From NCBI GenBank assembly GCA_963782055.1, contig CAWAIF010000003.1:1376001-1440000 (forward strand): 64,000 nt of DNA, in the 5' to 3' direction. The notes under the pieces are model-generated. The model was not told the DNA's origin and made no database searches. It was given only the letters and a program-made list of their open reading frames with translations. Shown here in pieces: positions 52,384-64,000 of the stretch; position 1 is the stretch's first letter; each line of letters starts with the position of its first letter. Position numbers and translations under genes: made by a program. The DNA comes from an uncultured delta proteobacterium. Its GTDB lineage: Bacteria; Myxococcota_A; Polyangia; Polyangiales; Polyangiaceae.

Positions 52384-52983
52384 ATGATCGATCTGTACAC
52401 CTGGACGACACCCAACGGCCTCAAGGCCCTCATCCTGCTCGAGGAGCTGGGCCTAGAGTACCGCGCCATCCCGGTGAACATCGACAAGGGCGAGCAGCAC
52501 GCTCCGGAGTTTCTGCGGGTCAATCCCAACGCCAAGATCCCCGCTGTCGTCGACGACGGCGTGCGCGTCTTCGAGTCCGGCGCCATCCTCATCCACCTCG
52601 CCGAGAAGGCCGGGCGCTTCCTGCCGGCGTCCGGCCAGCCGCGCGCCGACACGCTCTCCTGGCTCATGTTCCAGATGGGCGGCGTCGGGCCGATGTTCGG
52701 CCAGTTCGGTCACTTCATGATGGCCAAGCGCGAGGATCCGTACCCGCTCGAGCGCTACGCGAAGGAGACCCAGCGTCTCGCCCGCGTGCTGGACGAGCGC
52801 CTCGCCGATGTCCCCTTCCTCGCCGGCGAGTACTCCATCGCCGACATGGCCACCGTCGGGTGGGTACGCGGCATGGAGTCCCGCATGAAGGTGGACATGA
52901 CGCCGTACCCCCACCTCACGCGGTGGCGGGACACCGTGAGCGAGCGTCCTGCCGTGCAGCGCGCGCTCGCCTGGAAGCCCTGA
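52384..52983 (+). CDS. Glutathione S-transferase (YfcG-like)
   Basis: MIDLYTWTTPNG, NPNAKIP, FESGAIL, GGVGPMFGQ, YSIADMA. Confidence 0.92.
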   Translation: MIDLYTWTTPNGLKALILLEELGLEYRAIPVNIDKGEQHAPEFLRVNPNAKIPAVVDDGVRVFESGAILIHLAEKAGRFLPASGQPRADTLSWLMFQMGGVGPMFGQFGHFMMAKREDPYPLERYAKETQRLARVLDERLADVPFLAGEYSIADMATVGWVRGMESRMKVDMTPYPHLTRWRDTVSERPAVQRALAWKP

Positions 52984-53028
52984 CCTCCCGGAGCGTCCTC
53001 ACCCGCGACTTCGTGCTACGAAGAGGGC

Positions 53029-53622
53029 GTGCGACGCGTCCTGTGCCTCTCCGTCTGCGGTCTGTCCGTCGCCGTCGCGTGTGGCGGGTCGGAGCCGCAG
53101 TCGTACCCGCCCAGCGCGCCCGTGGGGCCGTGCAACGCGGTGGAGCAGCAGCACCCCATCGAGGGGCAGACCCACGTCGACGTGTGCTCGCACATCGACT
53201 ACCAGACCAGGCCGCCGTCGTCGGGCGACCACTACCCCATCTGGGCGGCGTACCGCAGCTACCCCGACGCCATCCCGGAGGGCTTCTGGGTACACGACCT
53301 GGAGCACGGGGCGGTGGTCTTCTCCTACAACTGCACCAACTGCGCAGACCAGATCGCCGCGGCGCAGGCGCTCATCGACGCGCAGCCGGACGATCCGCTC
53401 TGCACGCCCGTGGGGCTGCACAACCGCTTCGTCATGACGCCCGACCCGCACCTGGACGTGCCCTTCGCCGCGAGCACGTGGGGATGGACGCTGCGCGCCG
53501 ACTGCTTCGACGCCGCCGCCTTCGGCGACTTCGTGAAGAAACACTACGGTCAGGGCCGCGAGCCGGTCTGCGGCCAGGGCCAGGATGTCTCGACCGGGCT
53601 GGCGCCCGGGTGCGGGCAGTGA
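53029..53622 (+). CDS. DUF3105-like lipoprotein
   Basis: AVAC lipobox; PPSSGDHY, VHDLEHGAVVFSYNC, STWG. Confidence 0.8.
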   Translation: MRRVLCLSVCGLSVAVACGGSEPQSYPPSAPVGPCNAVEQQHPIEGQTHVDVCSHIDYQTRPPSSGDHYPIWAAYRSYPDAIPEGFWVHDLEHGAVVFSYNCTNCADQIAAAQALIDAQPDDPLCTPVGLHNRFVMTPDPHLDVPFAASTWGWTLRADCFDAAAFGDFVKKHYGQGREPVCGQGQDVSTGLAPGCGQ

Positions 53623-53626
53623 TGCC

Positions 53627-54175
53627 ATGCGCACTGTGACGTGGTTGCTGATCCCCGCGCTGCTGCTGCCGGCGTGCTCGCGCGACGAGGCCACGACTTC
53701 AGCGACGCCCGCGCCGTCCGCGTCGCAGACCCCGGCGGTCGCGCCCCCGGCGTCGGTGGCCCCGGCGGGCGCGCCGCCGCGCAACTTCGGAGAGGTGATG
53801 GCGGAGGTGGGTAGCCGCTTCCAGATGGCGGGTCAGGCCGAGGAGGCCAGCCGCTTCGAGATGGCCGCCTTCCAGGTGGGCGAGCTCGGGGAGCTCTTCG
53901 AGGACGACCTCCCGCACGCCAGCCTGCCGAAGGAGGGGCCGACCGCGCAGATCCCCGGGATGATGCGCGCCTTCGTCGCCAGCAACATCCCCGAGCTGCA
54001 GAAGGCCGCCAATGCGCGTGACCCGAAGGCGTTCGCCGGCGCGTTCGCCAGCGCCGCGGAGGCGTGCAACGGCTGTCATGTCGCCTCGGCGAAGGGGTTC
54101 ATCGAGATCCCGAGCGTGCCCGGCAAGGCGGTGCCGGACCTGTCCCCGGTACCGGCGTCCGCCAGGGGGAAGTGA
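53627..54175 (+). CDS. Lipoprotein with C-terminal CxxCH (cytochrome c'-like helical bundle)
   Basis: LPAC lipobox; ACNGCH near the C-terminus of a helical domain. Confidence 0.7.
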   Translation: MRTVTWLLIPALLLPACSRDEATTSATPAPSASQTPAVAPPASVAPAGAPPRNFGEVMAEVGSRFQMAGQAEEASRFEMAAFQVGELGELFEDDLPHASLPKEGPTAQIPGMMRAFVASNIPELQKAANARDPKAFAGAFASAAEACNGCHVASAKGFIEIPSVPGKAVPDLSPVPASARGK

Positions 54176-54317
54176 GCCGGAGGACGCGGGTGCGCGGGGA
54201 GTTGGGAGCGCTCGGGGGGTGATCGTGGTGGCGTGCTCGGAGCTGTCGAGGCGGGGCCGTCCTCGCGGCGGGGTCGGGGGCGTGCGCTGGACGCGTCCGA
54301 TGCTACCGTGATGGTTC

Positions 54318-56195
<1,878 letters not shown>

Positions 56196-56215
56196 CGCAC
56201 GCCAGGCGTCGCGAT

Positions 56216-56700
56216 ATGGTCGCGGCGTCGAGCGCGTCGAGCATCCATCGCTGGAGGCTCCCGAGCGGGGAGCGACTGCCCGCGCTCGGTGCCGTCGGCC
56301 AGGCCGCGGGGCTCGCCATCAGTCCGGACGGCCAGTGGCTGGTCGCGACCATCGACTCGAAGGTGCACCGATGGAGGTTGTCGGACGGCGCACCACGACG
56401 TCGGTCCCGAGCTGTCGGACCTCTGCTTCTCCCCGGACGGCAAGCGGGACGCTTGCCCGCGAGAGTCGCCACCGGCTGGCTCGGACGGCGTTCCGCTCTG
56501 TCGCCGTCAGCGATCGCTGGGTGGCCGGGGCGAGCACCGACGAGCCCGGGCCCGTCACGCTCTTCGCCCTCGGGACCAAGCGGGTCGTCTCCTTGCCCAA
56601 GCCGCGGGCCGCGGGCGTGACGGCGCTCGCCTTCACGTGTGGAACATCCGGCGTACGCCGCGAGCGCCGCGGGTACGCGATCACGGTGCTCGCTCGCGCT
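56216..56700 (+). pseudogene. Decayed WD40-like beta-propeller gene
   Basis: LAISPDGQWL, LCFSPDGK and VTALAF fall in different frames. Confidence 0.6.
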
Positions 56701-56729
56701 CACGGGCGAGCGAGGGTAGCCTGGTCGGC

Positions 56730-57782
56730 ATGAGCGCTGTCCTCGGCACGGGACGCACGCTGGCCGTGCTCGCACTGCTCCCGCTGGCGGCCGCGTGCGC
56801 CGCGCCGGCCGTCGCGCCCGCGGCGGCGCCCGCCAACCCGCCACCGCGCGAGGCGCCGCCTCCGGCCATGGCGATGTGCACCGCCGCGCCGTCGGCCCCC
56901 GCGACCGCCGGCGCCAGCAGCAGCCCGCCGCCCGCCACCTCGTCCTCCGCGCCGGCGCCGGCCCCCACGCCGGTGCCGCCCGCGCTCGCCGCCGACCTGG
57001 ACGCCGCGGCGAAGGCCATCGCCGCCAGGCAGTGGGCCTCCGCCGACAAGCACATCGCCGCGGCCTCGGCGGAGGCGAAGGACGACGCGCACCTGGGCTA
57101 CCTCGTCGCCCGGACGCGCGCGACGCGCGCCGCGTACGCGGGCGACTTCGAGCACGCCGCCGCCGCCTTCGTCGCGGTCATCCCCGCGCTGGCGAAGCAC
57201 CCCGAGCTGCGCGACGAGTTCTGGTCGCACAACGCGATGATGATGATCCGCGAGGCGCAGGGCGATCCCGCCGCCGCCCTCGCCGAGAATGATCAGGCGA
57301 CGCTCTGCGCCGCGCGCGGCACCTGGGATCCCGGCGAGCGCGAGAAGCTCGCCTTCCAGAAGGACCGCTGGCACCGCGCGTACCTCACGCGCATGCTGGC
57401 GGAGTCGCGCACCGGCTCGGTGAAGAAGGCGCTCGTGCAGTACGCGCAGGCCGCACTGGACGACTACCGCACGCGCGGCTTCCCGGAGTCGGTCGCGGTG
57501 CTGGAGGCCTACTTCGCCGCGCTGGACGGCAAGGGCCCCGCGGCGCTCGCCGCGGCGAAGCGCGTCGACCCCGCGAAGGACGACGACGTGGAGGACCTGT
57601 ACCTGGTCGTGGTGGGGCTGGAGGCGGGCGGCGATCACGCCGGGGCGGAGGCGGTCCGGCGGGTGATGCGCCGGCCCGGACCGGCGCACCTGTCGCGCGC
57701 CATCATGCTGCGCTGGCTGGACATCGACGCGAAGGGCCCGCACGCCAAGGGCTTCACGCCCCTCCACGCGACGGCGCGGTGA
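56730..57782 (+). CDS. Hypothetical helical-repeat lipoprotein
   Basis: AAAC lipobox; Pro/Ala linker; TPR-like helices. Confidence 0.7.
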   Translation: MSAVLGTGRTLAVLALLPLAAACAAPAVAPAAAPANPPPREAPPPAMAMCTAAPSAPATAGASSSPPPATSSSAPAPAPTPVPPALAADLDAAAKAIAARQWASADKHIAAASAEAKDDAHLGYLVARTRATRAAYAGDFEHAAAAFVAVIPALAKHPELRDEFWSHNAMMMIREAQGDPAAALAENDQATLCAARGTWDPGEREKLAFQKDRWHRAYLTRMLAESRTGSVKKALVQYAQAALDDYRTRGFPESVAVLEAYFAALDGKGPAALAAAKRVDPAKDDDVEDLYLVVVGLEAGGDHAGAEAVRRVMRRPGPAHLSRAIMLRWLDIDAKGPHAKGFTPLHATAR

Positions 57783-57794
57783 GGCCGCCCGTCG

Positions 57795-59940
57795 CTACGC
57801 GAGGCGGGCGAAGTCGGCGATGCGCAGCATGCACGTGGCGCCGTACGAGAGCAGACACAGCCGGAGCGGCGTCTGCGGATCGTCCGGATCGTTGACCAGG
57901 GTGCTCTCGAAGATGGCGTCCACCTGCTCGGCGACCTTCCCCATCGCGAAGAGCGCCGCGCGCACGCCGTGCTCGTCGACCAGCGACGCGGTCTTGGCGT
58001 CCAGCTCCTCCACCACGTCGACGATGGCGCCGTCGGTCGGCCTGGTGAAGGCGCTCCGCGGGGCGCGCTCGGGCGAGGCCTCCTTGCTGATGCCGCTCAG
58101 GCGCTTGGCGACGGTGCGCGCCTTCTCCAGCCAGGGCGTCTTCTCGTCGATGACCGCCTGCAGGGCCCGGGCCTTCGCCAGCGCGTAGGCGGGGTGCTCG
58201 ACGGCGAAGGCGCGCTCGCCGTCGACCCACGCGTAGCCGGCGAGCACCGCGTCCGCCGCCGCGCGGCTGGACTGCGTCTCCAGCAAGCCGCGCATGCGCT
58301 CTGTCGCGAACTCCTCCAGCTTCGCCGCGGTGTCGCCCGCGCCAAGATCCAGCTTCGTCCCGGCGAAGAGGCCGTGCGCGAACCGGACCAGATCGCCGAA
58401 GCCGAGGCGGCCGTACGCCGGGGGCGCGCCCTCCAGCAGCGTGCGCAGCAGCCCGATGCACGCGCGGCGCAGGGCGAAGGGGTCGGCCGCGCCCGTCGGC
58501 GCGAGGCCGACGGCGAAGCACCCGGTCAGCGTATCCAGCCTGTCGGCGAGGGCCACCACGCGCGCGACGTCGTCGCTCGCCACCGCGCCGTCGGCGCCCA
58601 CGGGGCAGTAGTGATCGCGCAGGGCGTCCGCGACGCGCGGGGGCTCGCCCTCCAGCAGCGCGTAGGTGCGGCCCATCGTGCCCTGCAGCTCGGGGAACTC
58701 GCCCACCATCAGGGAGACCAGAATCGCACTTGCAGAGGCGCGCCGCCCGCGCGGCGAGGTCGACGTCGGCTGCGGGCAAGCCCAGCTTCGTGCCGATGTG
58801 CTTCGCCAGCTTCTCGAGGCGCGTCACCTTGTCCTTCACCGTGCCGAGGCGGTGGTGGAAGACGATGCCGCCGAGCTTCTCCATCCGCTGCTCGAGGGGG
58901 ACCTTCTTGTCCTCCTCGAAGAAGAACTGGGCGTCCGCCAGCCGCGCCTTCATCACGCGGTCGTTGCCCTTGCGCACGTTGGCCGGCTCCCTGGCGGTGT
59001 TCACCACCGCGAGGTAGTGCGGCAAGAGCGGTGCCTCCGGGCCGAGCGCGGTCTGCACGACGAAGTACTTCTGGTGGCCGCGCGCGACCGCGCGGATCAC
59101 CGCCGGCGGCAGGTCGAGGTACTCCTTGTCGAAGGAGCCGATGACGACGTGCGGCTCCTCCACGAGCGACGCGTTCTCGCTCACCAGGTACGGGTCCGGG
59201 TCCTGGACGCCGCCCGCGTCGCGCGCGGCCACGGCCACCCGCTCCATCATGGTGCGCTCGCGCTCCGCCCTGTCGACCAGGACGTGCGCCGCGCGGAGCT
59301 GCTCGACGTAGGAGTCGGTGGTGGCGACGTCGAAGAAGGCCGGGGCGAGGAAGCGGTGCCCGCGCGAGCGGCGGCCGCTGCGCACCCCGGCGAAGGAGAA
59401 GTCCACGACGTCGTTGCCGGCAAGCGCCACCAGCCACTGCACCGGCCGCCCGAAGGGCGTGTCCAGGTCCGACCAACGCATCGACTTGCGGAAGGGGATC
59501 GCGGCGCACACCTCCGCCAGGAGCGGTCCGATCAGCTCGCGCGTGGGCTTGCCCTTCTCCACGCGCCGCCCCGCCACGTAGCGCCCCGCCTTCTTGTTGC
59601 CGGATGCCGGCACGTCCTTCACCACCAGATCGCCGACCGCCACCCCCAGCTTGGCGGCGAACGCCTCCGCCGCGCGGGTGGGCTTGCCGTCCTTGAAGGC
59701 GGCAGTCTCCGGCGGGCCGACCACCTCCTCGTCCAGATCCGCCTGCGCGCTGGCGATGCCCTTCACCATCACCGCGAGGCGTCGCGGGGTGCCCAGCGCG
59801 CGCACCTCGTCGTGCGTCACCCGCGCCGCCTGCAGCCGCGTGCGGAAGAGGTCGGGTAGCGCCTGGAGCGCGGCGTCGACGTAGGAAGACGGCAGCTCCT
59901 CGCAGCCGATCTCCAGGAGGAGGGGAAAGGTCGGGATCAC
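57795..59940 (-). CDS. glyS: Glycyl-tRNA synthetase beta subunit with a +1 frameshift at about 58722
   Basis: LLLEIGCEELP, TPRRLA, KSMRW, RPVQW, ARLADAQFF, LCKCD / LVSLMVGEFPELQG, ADPFALRR. Confidence 0.93.
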
Positions 59941-60052
59941 GCGATGAGAGCTTTAGGTGAAATGCGCCGCGCCGTCGAGCCGAAGGCGAGGCCGGGAGGC
60001 CGCCGGCCGCGGGAGGTGTTGCGCGTGGCGGCTGGGGGCTTATAAAGCCCCC

Positions 60053-60265
60053 GTGGCGCGCAGGCGTGTCTTTCCCAAGAAGTGCCGCTGCGGCTACGGG
60101 CTGGAGCACCCGCTCGTGGCACCGCGGCTGCACTTCTCCCCCATCGGCTGGGTCTTCCTGTGCCTCGGGGCCACGCCGTACCCGATCCGCGTGGACTACC
60201 TGTGCTGCCGCTGCAACGTGATGCTCGGGTCCACGCGGGAGCGGAAGGTCATGCGGACGTTCTGA
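60053..60265 (+). CDS. Small Cys-containing hypothetical protein
   Basis: CRCG...CCRC possible Zn-binding pair; divergent from glyS. Confidence 0.5.
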   Translation: MARRRVFPKKCRCGYGLEHPLVAPRLHFSPIGWVFLCLGATPYPIRVDYLCCRCNVMLGSTRERKVMRTF

Positions 60266-60278
60266 CCTCACCCTCCCA

Positions 60279-60305
60279 CCCCCTCTCCCTACGAGGGAGA
60301 GGGGG
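60279..60305. repeat. Perfect 12-bp REP-like hairpin
   Basis: ccccctctccct-acg-agggagaggggg. Confidence 0.8.
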
Positions 60306-60328
60306 GACAAGAGAGAGGACGCCACAAG

Positions 60329-60365
60329 GCGCTCGCTTCGCTCGGTCGGGCGGGGAGGATGTCTG
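60329..60365 (-). repeat. Partial inverted copy of the DUF559-associated repeat
   Basis: Reverse complement reads cagacatcctccccgcccgaccgagcgaagcgagcgc. Confidence 0.75.
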
Positions 60366-60385
60366 CGGCGTGCTACCACTGTGCG

Positions 60386-60841
60386 GTGACCTACCGCGAG
60401 CCGGACCAGGAGAGCCTCGCCGAGCTGGAGCAGGAACGGCGCGCGCGGGAGCAGGCGCGCGAGCGGTCGCGCGCCGCCGACGCCGCGGCCATCCGGGCGA
60501 TGAAGAGCCCCTTCCACGGCCTCGGGCGTCACGTGCCCCGCGGGATCACGCGCGTGGCGGTGTACGCGTCGCTCACCGGCGTGGTGTTCCCGCTGGTCGT
60601 GGCGACGCTCGCCGTGCTGGTGCGCCCGCCGGACGAGGTCTCCCCGGCCGCGGTGTGGGCGGTGCTCCTCGTCGGCTGTGGGGCGGGGCTCGTCGGCGTC
60701 GCCTGCGGCGTCGCGGCGCTCCTCTCGCCGTCGAGCGCGCGCCTCGCCGGCGTCGCCGCCGTGCTGACCGGGCTCTTCGCGCTGCCGTGCTCCCTCGGCT
60801 GCGCGGTCCTCGTGGCGCTGACGACGTCGGGGATGCGGTAG
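60386..60841 (+). CDS. Three-TM membrane protein, paralog A
   Basis: TYREPDQE...MKSPFHGLGRHVPRGITRV; paralog of 62994-63449. Confidence 0.7.
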   Translation: MTYREPDQESLAELEQERRAREQARERSRAADAAAIRAMKSPFHGLGRHVPRGITRVAVYASLTGVVFPLVVATLAVLVRPPDEVSPAAVWAVLLVGCGAGLVGVACGVAALLSPSSARLAGVAAVLTGLFALPCSLGCAVLVALTTSGMR

Positions 60842-60855
60842 GGAGCCTCGCCGGG

Positions 60856-61167
60856 ATGCCTGCGCTCGACGTGGTGCTTCGCTCGGTCTGCCTGCTCGCG
60901 CTCGTCGCGGCGTGTGCCGCCCCATCGGCGACCGCGCCGCGCGCCGCCGGCGACGGCGATGCCGCCAGGGCGGCTTCCTCACCGGGCCAGCGCTGGCAGT
61001 GCGGCGGCGGTGGCCGGTGCACGCTGGTCGGCGATCCGGACCCACAGCAGTGCGGCGACGTGCGTTGCGCCGACGATCAAACGTGTTGCAACGCGAGCTG
61101 CAGCACCTGCGTGCCGCATGGTCACGTGTGCTTCTCCGGCGAGTGTCTGCGCGGCGTGCTGAAGTGA
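60856..61167 (+). CDS. Small Cys-rich lipoprotein
   Basis: VAAC lipobox; CG...C....CCNASCSTC. Confidence 0.7.
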   Translation: MPALDVVLRSVCLLALVAACAAPSATAPRAAGDGDAARAASSPGQRWQCGGGGRCTLVGDPDPQQCGDVRCADDQTCCNASCSTCVPHGHVCFSGECLRGVLK

Positions 61168-61207
61168 GAACCGCGCGGCCCTCGCTCAAGATGACGGGGA
61201 GTGTTCT

Positions 61208-62007
61208 TTGCGTGTAGCGATCGCCCTCTCGCCGTTCCTGCTGGCCGTCGCTTGCGGCGGGCACGCCTCGCTGGCGCCGGCCGTCGTTGCCGCGCCGCCG
61301 CCGCCCCCGAGAGCGGCCCGGAGGCGACCCCGGAGGTCGCCAAACCGTACGTCGACCCGTGCGCGACGGGATCGGTGGATGAGGTCATCGCGTGCCTCGC
61401 GCGCGACTGCCCGACGAAGGTCTACGCGGCGACGCCGCCCGACCTGTCGAAGCCGGGCTGTTCGCTCATCGTGTGCGACGAGCCTGCGCGGTGCGCGGAC
61501 AACGACCTGTTCACGGACGGGTCCGGCAGCGTGTGGTTGTACCGCGCGCACGGCGACTCCCTTCGGCTGGCGCAGCTCCTCACCGACCTCGGCCTGTCGG
61601 CGAAGAACTACGATGACGCGTCGTTCGCGATCCGGTCGGCGACGAGTCGAACCGTCGCCGGGCAACACGTCCTCTGGCTCGAGTGGACCAGCTCCGACTC
61701 CCAGTGTGCCTCGGGTACGGACGGCTGCGACGCCGACGAGACGACCTCGGTGACGGTGTGCACGCAGGAGACGCCCGTCCCCAGCTGCCCACTCACGCTC
61801 GTCGAGCGCTACAGCCGCACCTTCACGCCGATGGCCCCGAACGTGCAGGCCTGGAAGGGCAGCGTCACGCACGCCGTCGAGATCGCCGGTGACGGCGTCG
61901 ACGTGAAGCTGGTGAAGGACGAGTGGCCGAAGCCGGACCCCGAAGAGGCGTCGTCCCCCCCGGCGAGCGATGAAATCGGCCAGCACCCGCTCCGCGGCGA
62001 CCGCTGA
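61208..62007 (+). pseudogene. Cys-rich lipoprotein with frameshift in the Pro linker
   Basis: Signal peptide and AVAC lipobox are in one frame; the mature domain ESGPEATPEVAKPYVDPC is in another; break near 61300-61312. Confidence 0.6.
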
Positions 62008-62234
62008 CGCGAGGGGTCGTCCGGCGCGCGATCACGGCGCTCCGGCGAACGTGAGCGTCTTCCACGCGATGTGCAGCGCGGCCGGTGTCGGTCGCACCTT
62101 GTTCACCATCTGCAAGGTGAAGGGCATCGCCTCACCGATGCGGGCCAGGTCGATGACGTCGAGCTGCGGGAGCTGCCCGCGCTGTCTGATCGCTACGGCA
62201 TCGATATGTCGCAGCTGGCACGCGACGTGAGCGC

Positions 62235-62729
62235 TCAATCGTCCCGGAGCGGCAGCGGCTCGACGGCAAACAAGTGCCTGGAGAAGGCGTAGACCCGCAA
62301 GCGCTGGCGTTGCCCGACCCAGTGCTCGAGGAGCTTCAAGCGAAGCGCGATGATGGCGCCGGAGGCCGGTCCTCGCGTGTACGTAACCGCGTCGGCCCAG
62401 TAGAAGTGCCGCTCGCCAAGCTCGAGCCTCAGGCTCGGGCCGCTGGAGGTCACCCCCTCACAGCCGGAGGCCACTCCTTCGCACGATTCGAAGCGACCTT
62501 CCGCGATCGCCTTCTTGGGAGCGATCCGCGAATGCACCAGGCCGAACAGGTCTGGAGTCCCGGCGAGGAGCCGAGCCTTCTGGGGCTGGGAGAGCCGGCC
62601 CTCGCGGTTCTCGGCCAGGTCGTCCAGCGTCCAGCCCTGGAGCCCGACGATCTCGGCGAGCGTCAGCTCGGAGATCGCGACTCCCTCACTCGGCAACCTG
62701 GCGAAAGACTCCGAAGCACCGCTGGACAT
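62235..62729 (-). CDS. Hypothetical protein
   Basis: WTLDDLAENREGRLSQPQ; TAGACT box 6 nt before the ATG. Confidence 0.6.
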   Translation of the reverse strand: MSSGASESFARLPSEGVAISELTLAEIVGLQGWTLDDLAENREGRLSQPQKARLLAGTPDLFGLVHSRIAPKKAIAEGRFESCEGVASGCEGVTSSGPSLRLELGERHFYWADAVTYTRGPASGAIIALRLKLLEHWVGQRQRLRVYAFSRHLFAVEPLPLRDD

Positions 62730-62993
62730 CGGATGAGTCTAGCTCGGACGCGAGCGGGTGAGCAAAGAGCTGTCCGCCTGCTCCAACCAGCGCGCGACCG
62801 CGGGCAATCGCCTCGTCCAGCGTGAAGGCAACGGCGAGACGCGCGGTGTCGTCGAGCAGCTCGAGGAAGTCGCCCGTGGGCCGCGGCGCGCACCCGCCGT
62901 TCCGTCAGCGCCTCTCTCATCGGCCCCACGGCCCGCTCCACGACCTTCTCCAGGCGGAGCTCCGACCCCCGGGCCGCGTGCTACGACTGCGCG

Positions 62994-63449
62994 GTGACGT
63001 ACCGCGAGCCGGACCAGGAACGCCTCGCGGAGGCGGAGGAGAAGCAGCGCGCGTCGGAGCAGGCGCGGGAGCGGGAGCCCATCGCCGACGCCGCGGCCGT
63101 GCGGGCCATGAAGAGCCCGGTCCATGGTCTCGGGCGCCACGTGCCGCGCGGGATCACGCGCGTGGCGGCGTATGCGTCGCTGACCGGCGTGGTGTTCCCG
63201 CTGCTCGTGGCCCTGCTCTCGATGGTGGTGCACCTGCCTCGCGAGATCGCCGAGGTCACGGTCTGGGTCGTGGTCATCGTCGGCTGCGCGGCCGGCCTGG
63301 TCGGCTTCGGCTGCGGCGTCGCGGCGCTCCTGTCCCCCTCGAGCGCCCGCCTCGCGGGGGTGGCCGCCGTGCAGGCGGGGCTCCTCGCGCTGCCGTGGTC
63401 CTTCGGCTGCGCAGTCCTGGTGGCGGTGGTGACGTCGGGGATGTGGTAG
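62994..63449 (+). CDS. Three-TM membrane protein, paralog B
   Basis: Same length and clearly homologous to 60386-60841. Confidence 0.7.
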   Translation: MTYREPDQERLAEAEEKQRASEQAREREPIADAAAVRAMKSPVHGLGRHVPRGITRVAAYASLTGVVFPLLVALLSMVVHLPREIAEVTVWVVVIVGCAAGLVGFGCGVAALLSPSSARLAGVAAVQAGLLALPWSFGCAVLVAVVTSGMW

Positions 63450-63696
63450 GCGGCCTGTTCGCGGAGGGCGCGGTGCGAGCGTCGGGTCGGGGTGTGGTGC
63501 CGGAGGAGAGGGGAGCGAGGACGTGCACCGCACGAGGGACGTGGCCGGCGCCGGTGCGGACCGCCGAAGCAGCGCTGGAAATCCTCGAGCAGTTCCCGAC
63601 CGTGGCATCCTTCGCCCCCGGCGTGACCGCCACCGCCGCCTTCACCCCACCAGAGGGCCTCGTCGCACCCGAGTTTCGGATGCCCGCGGACGCCGC

Positions 63697-63984
63697 ATGA
63701 CGGTCCCCGCACAGCCCCTGATGGCGATCCACCCCGAGGGGATGCTCACGGTCACCGTCCAGATGGACAACGGCCCGCTGAGGTTCAACGTCGTGTCTTG
63801 CCGATACCTCCCTGCGACGGTGCAGTCCCCGCAGGCCACCCACAGGGTGGTGGCGATCGAGGTGCTGCACGATCCCGCGAACCCCACCCCCCTCGTGCCC
63901 TACTACTGCAACCCCGCCTCGCTCACGCGGCTCGTCGTGCCTGCCGGCGCGCTCCTGGAGGTCCGGCCCTACGTGTCTGCTTAG
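63697..63984 (+). CDS. Hypothetical protein
   Basis: 95-aa ORF with plausible codon usage. Confidence 0.45.
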   Translation: MTVPAQPLMAIHPEGMLTVTVQMDNGPLRFNVVSCRYLPATVQSPQATHRVVAIEVLHDPANPTPLVPYYCNPASLTRLVVPAGALLEVRPYVSA

Positions 63985-64000
63985 CGGCGTCCCACACTGT

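Noticed and set aside
62010..62960. Small ORFs at 62032-62238 and 62663-62997
   Set aside because: No recognisable motifs and conflicting frames; likely fragments.

Overview
Very GC-rich chromosomal segment from a myxobacterium. MYXO-CTERM sorting tails, Hanks kinases and many Cys/DAG-rich lipoproteins suggest Polyangiales/Sorangiineae (inference). Housekeeping genes present are glyA, acnA, thyA-folA, tsaA/trmO and glyS, the last split by a 1-nt insertion. Signalling genes include a CheB-CheR-PAS-kinase-REC hybrid, an FHA-GGDEF cyclase and three Ser/Thr kinases. The window also carries an M36 protease, a beta-barrel plus 13-heme cytochrome operon, an accessory lipoprotein region (about 16-28 kb) and much gene debris. 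The most striking unexplained structure is a roughly 740-bp cassette present in two near-identical copies (19910-20648 and 26851-27590). Each copy has a DUF559 (Vsr-like PD-(D/E)xK) nuclease gene, a 28-bp inverted repeat covering its start codon that is identical between copies, and a multi-hairpin ~125-bp terminal repeat. That repeat also occurs without the nuclease at three other sites (8192, 23928, 60329), which resembles an autonomous/non-autonomous mobile element pair with no transposase. All calls come from reading the sequence; no database searches were run.
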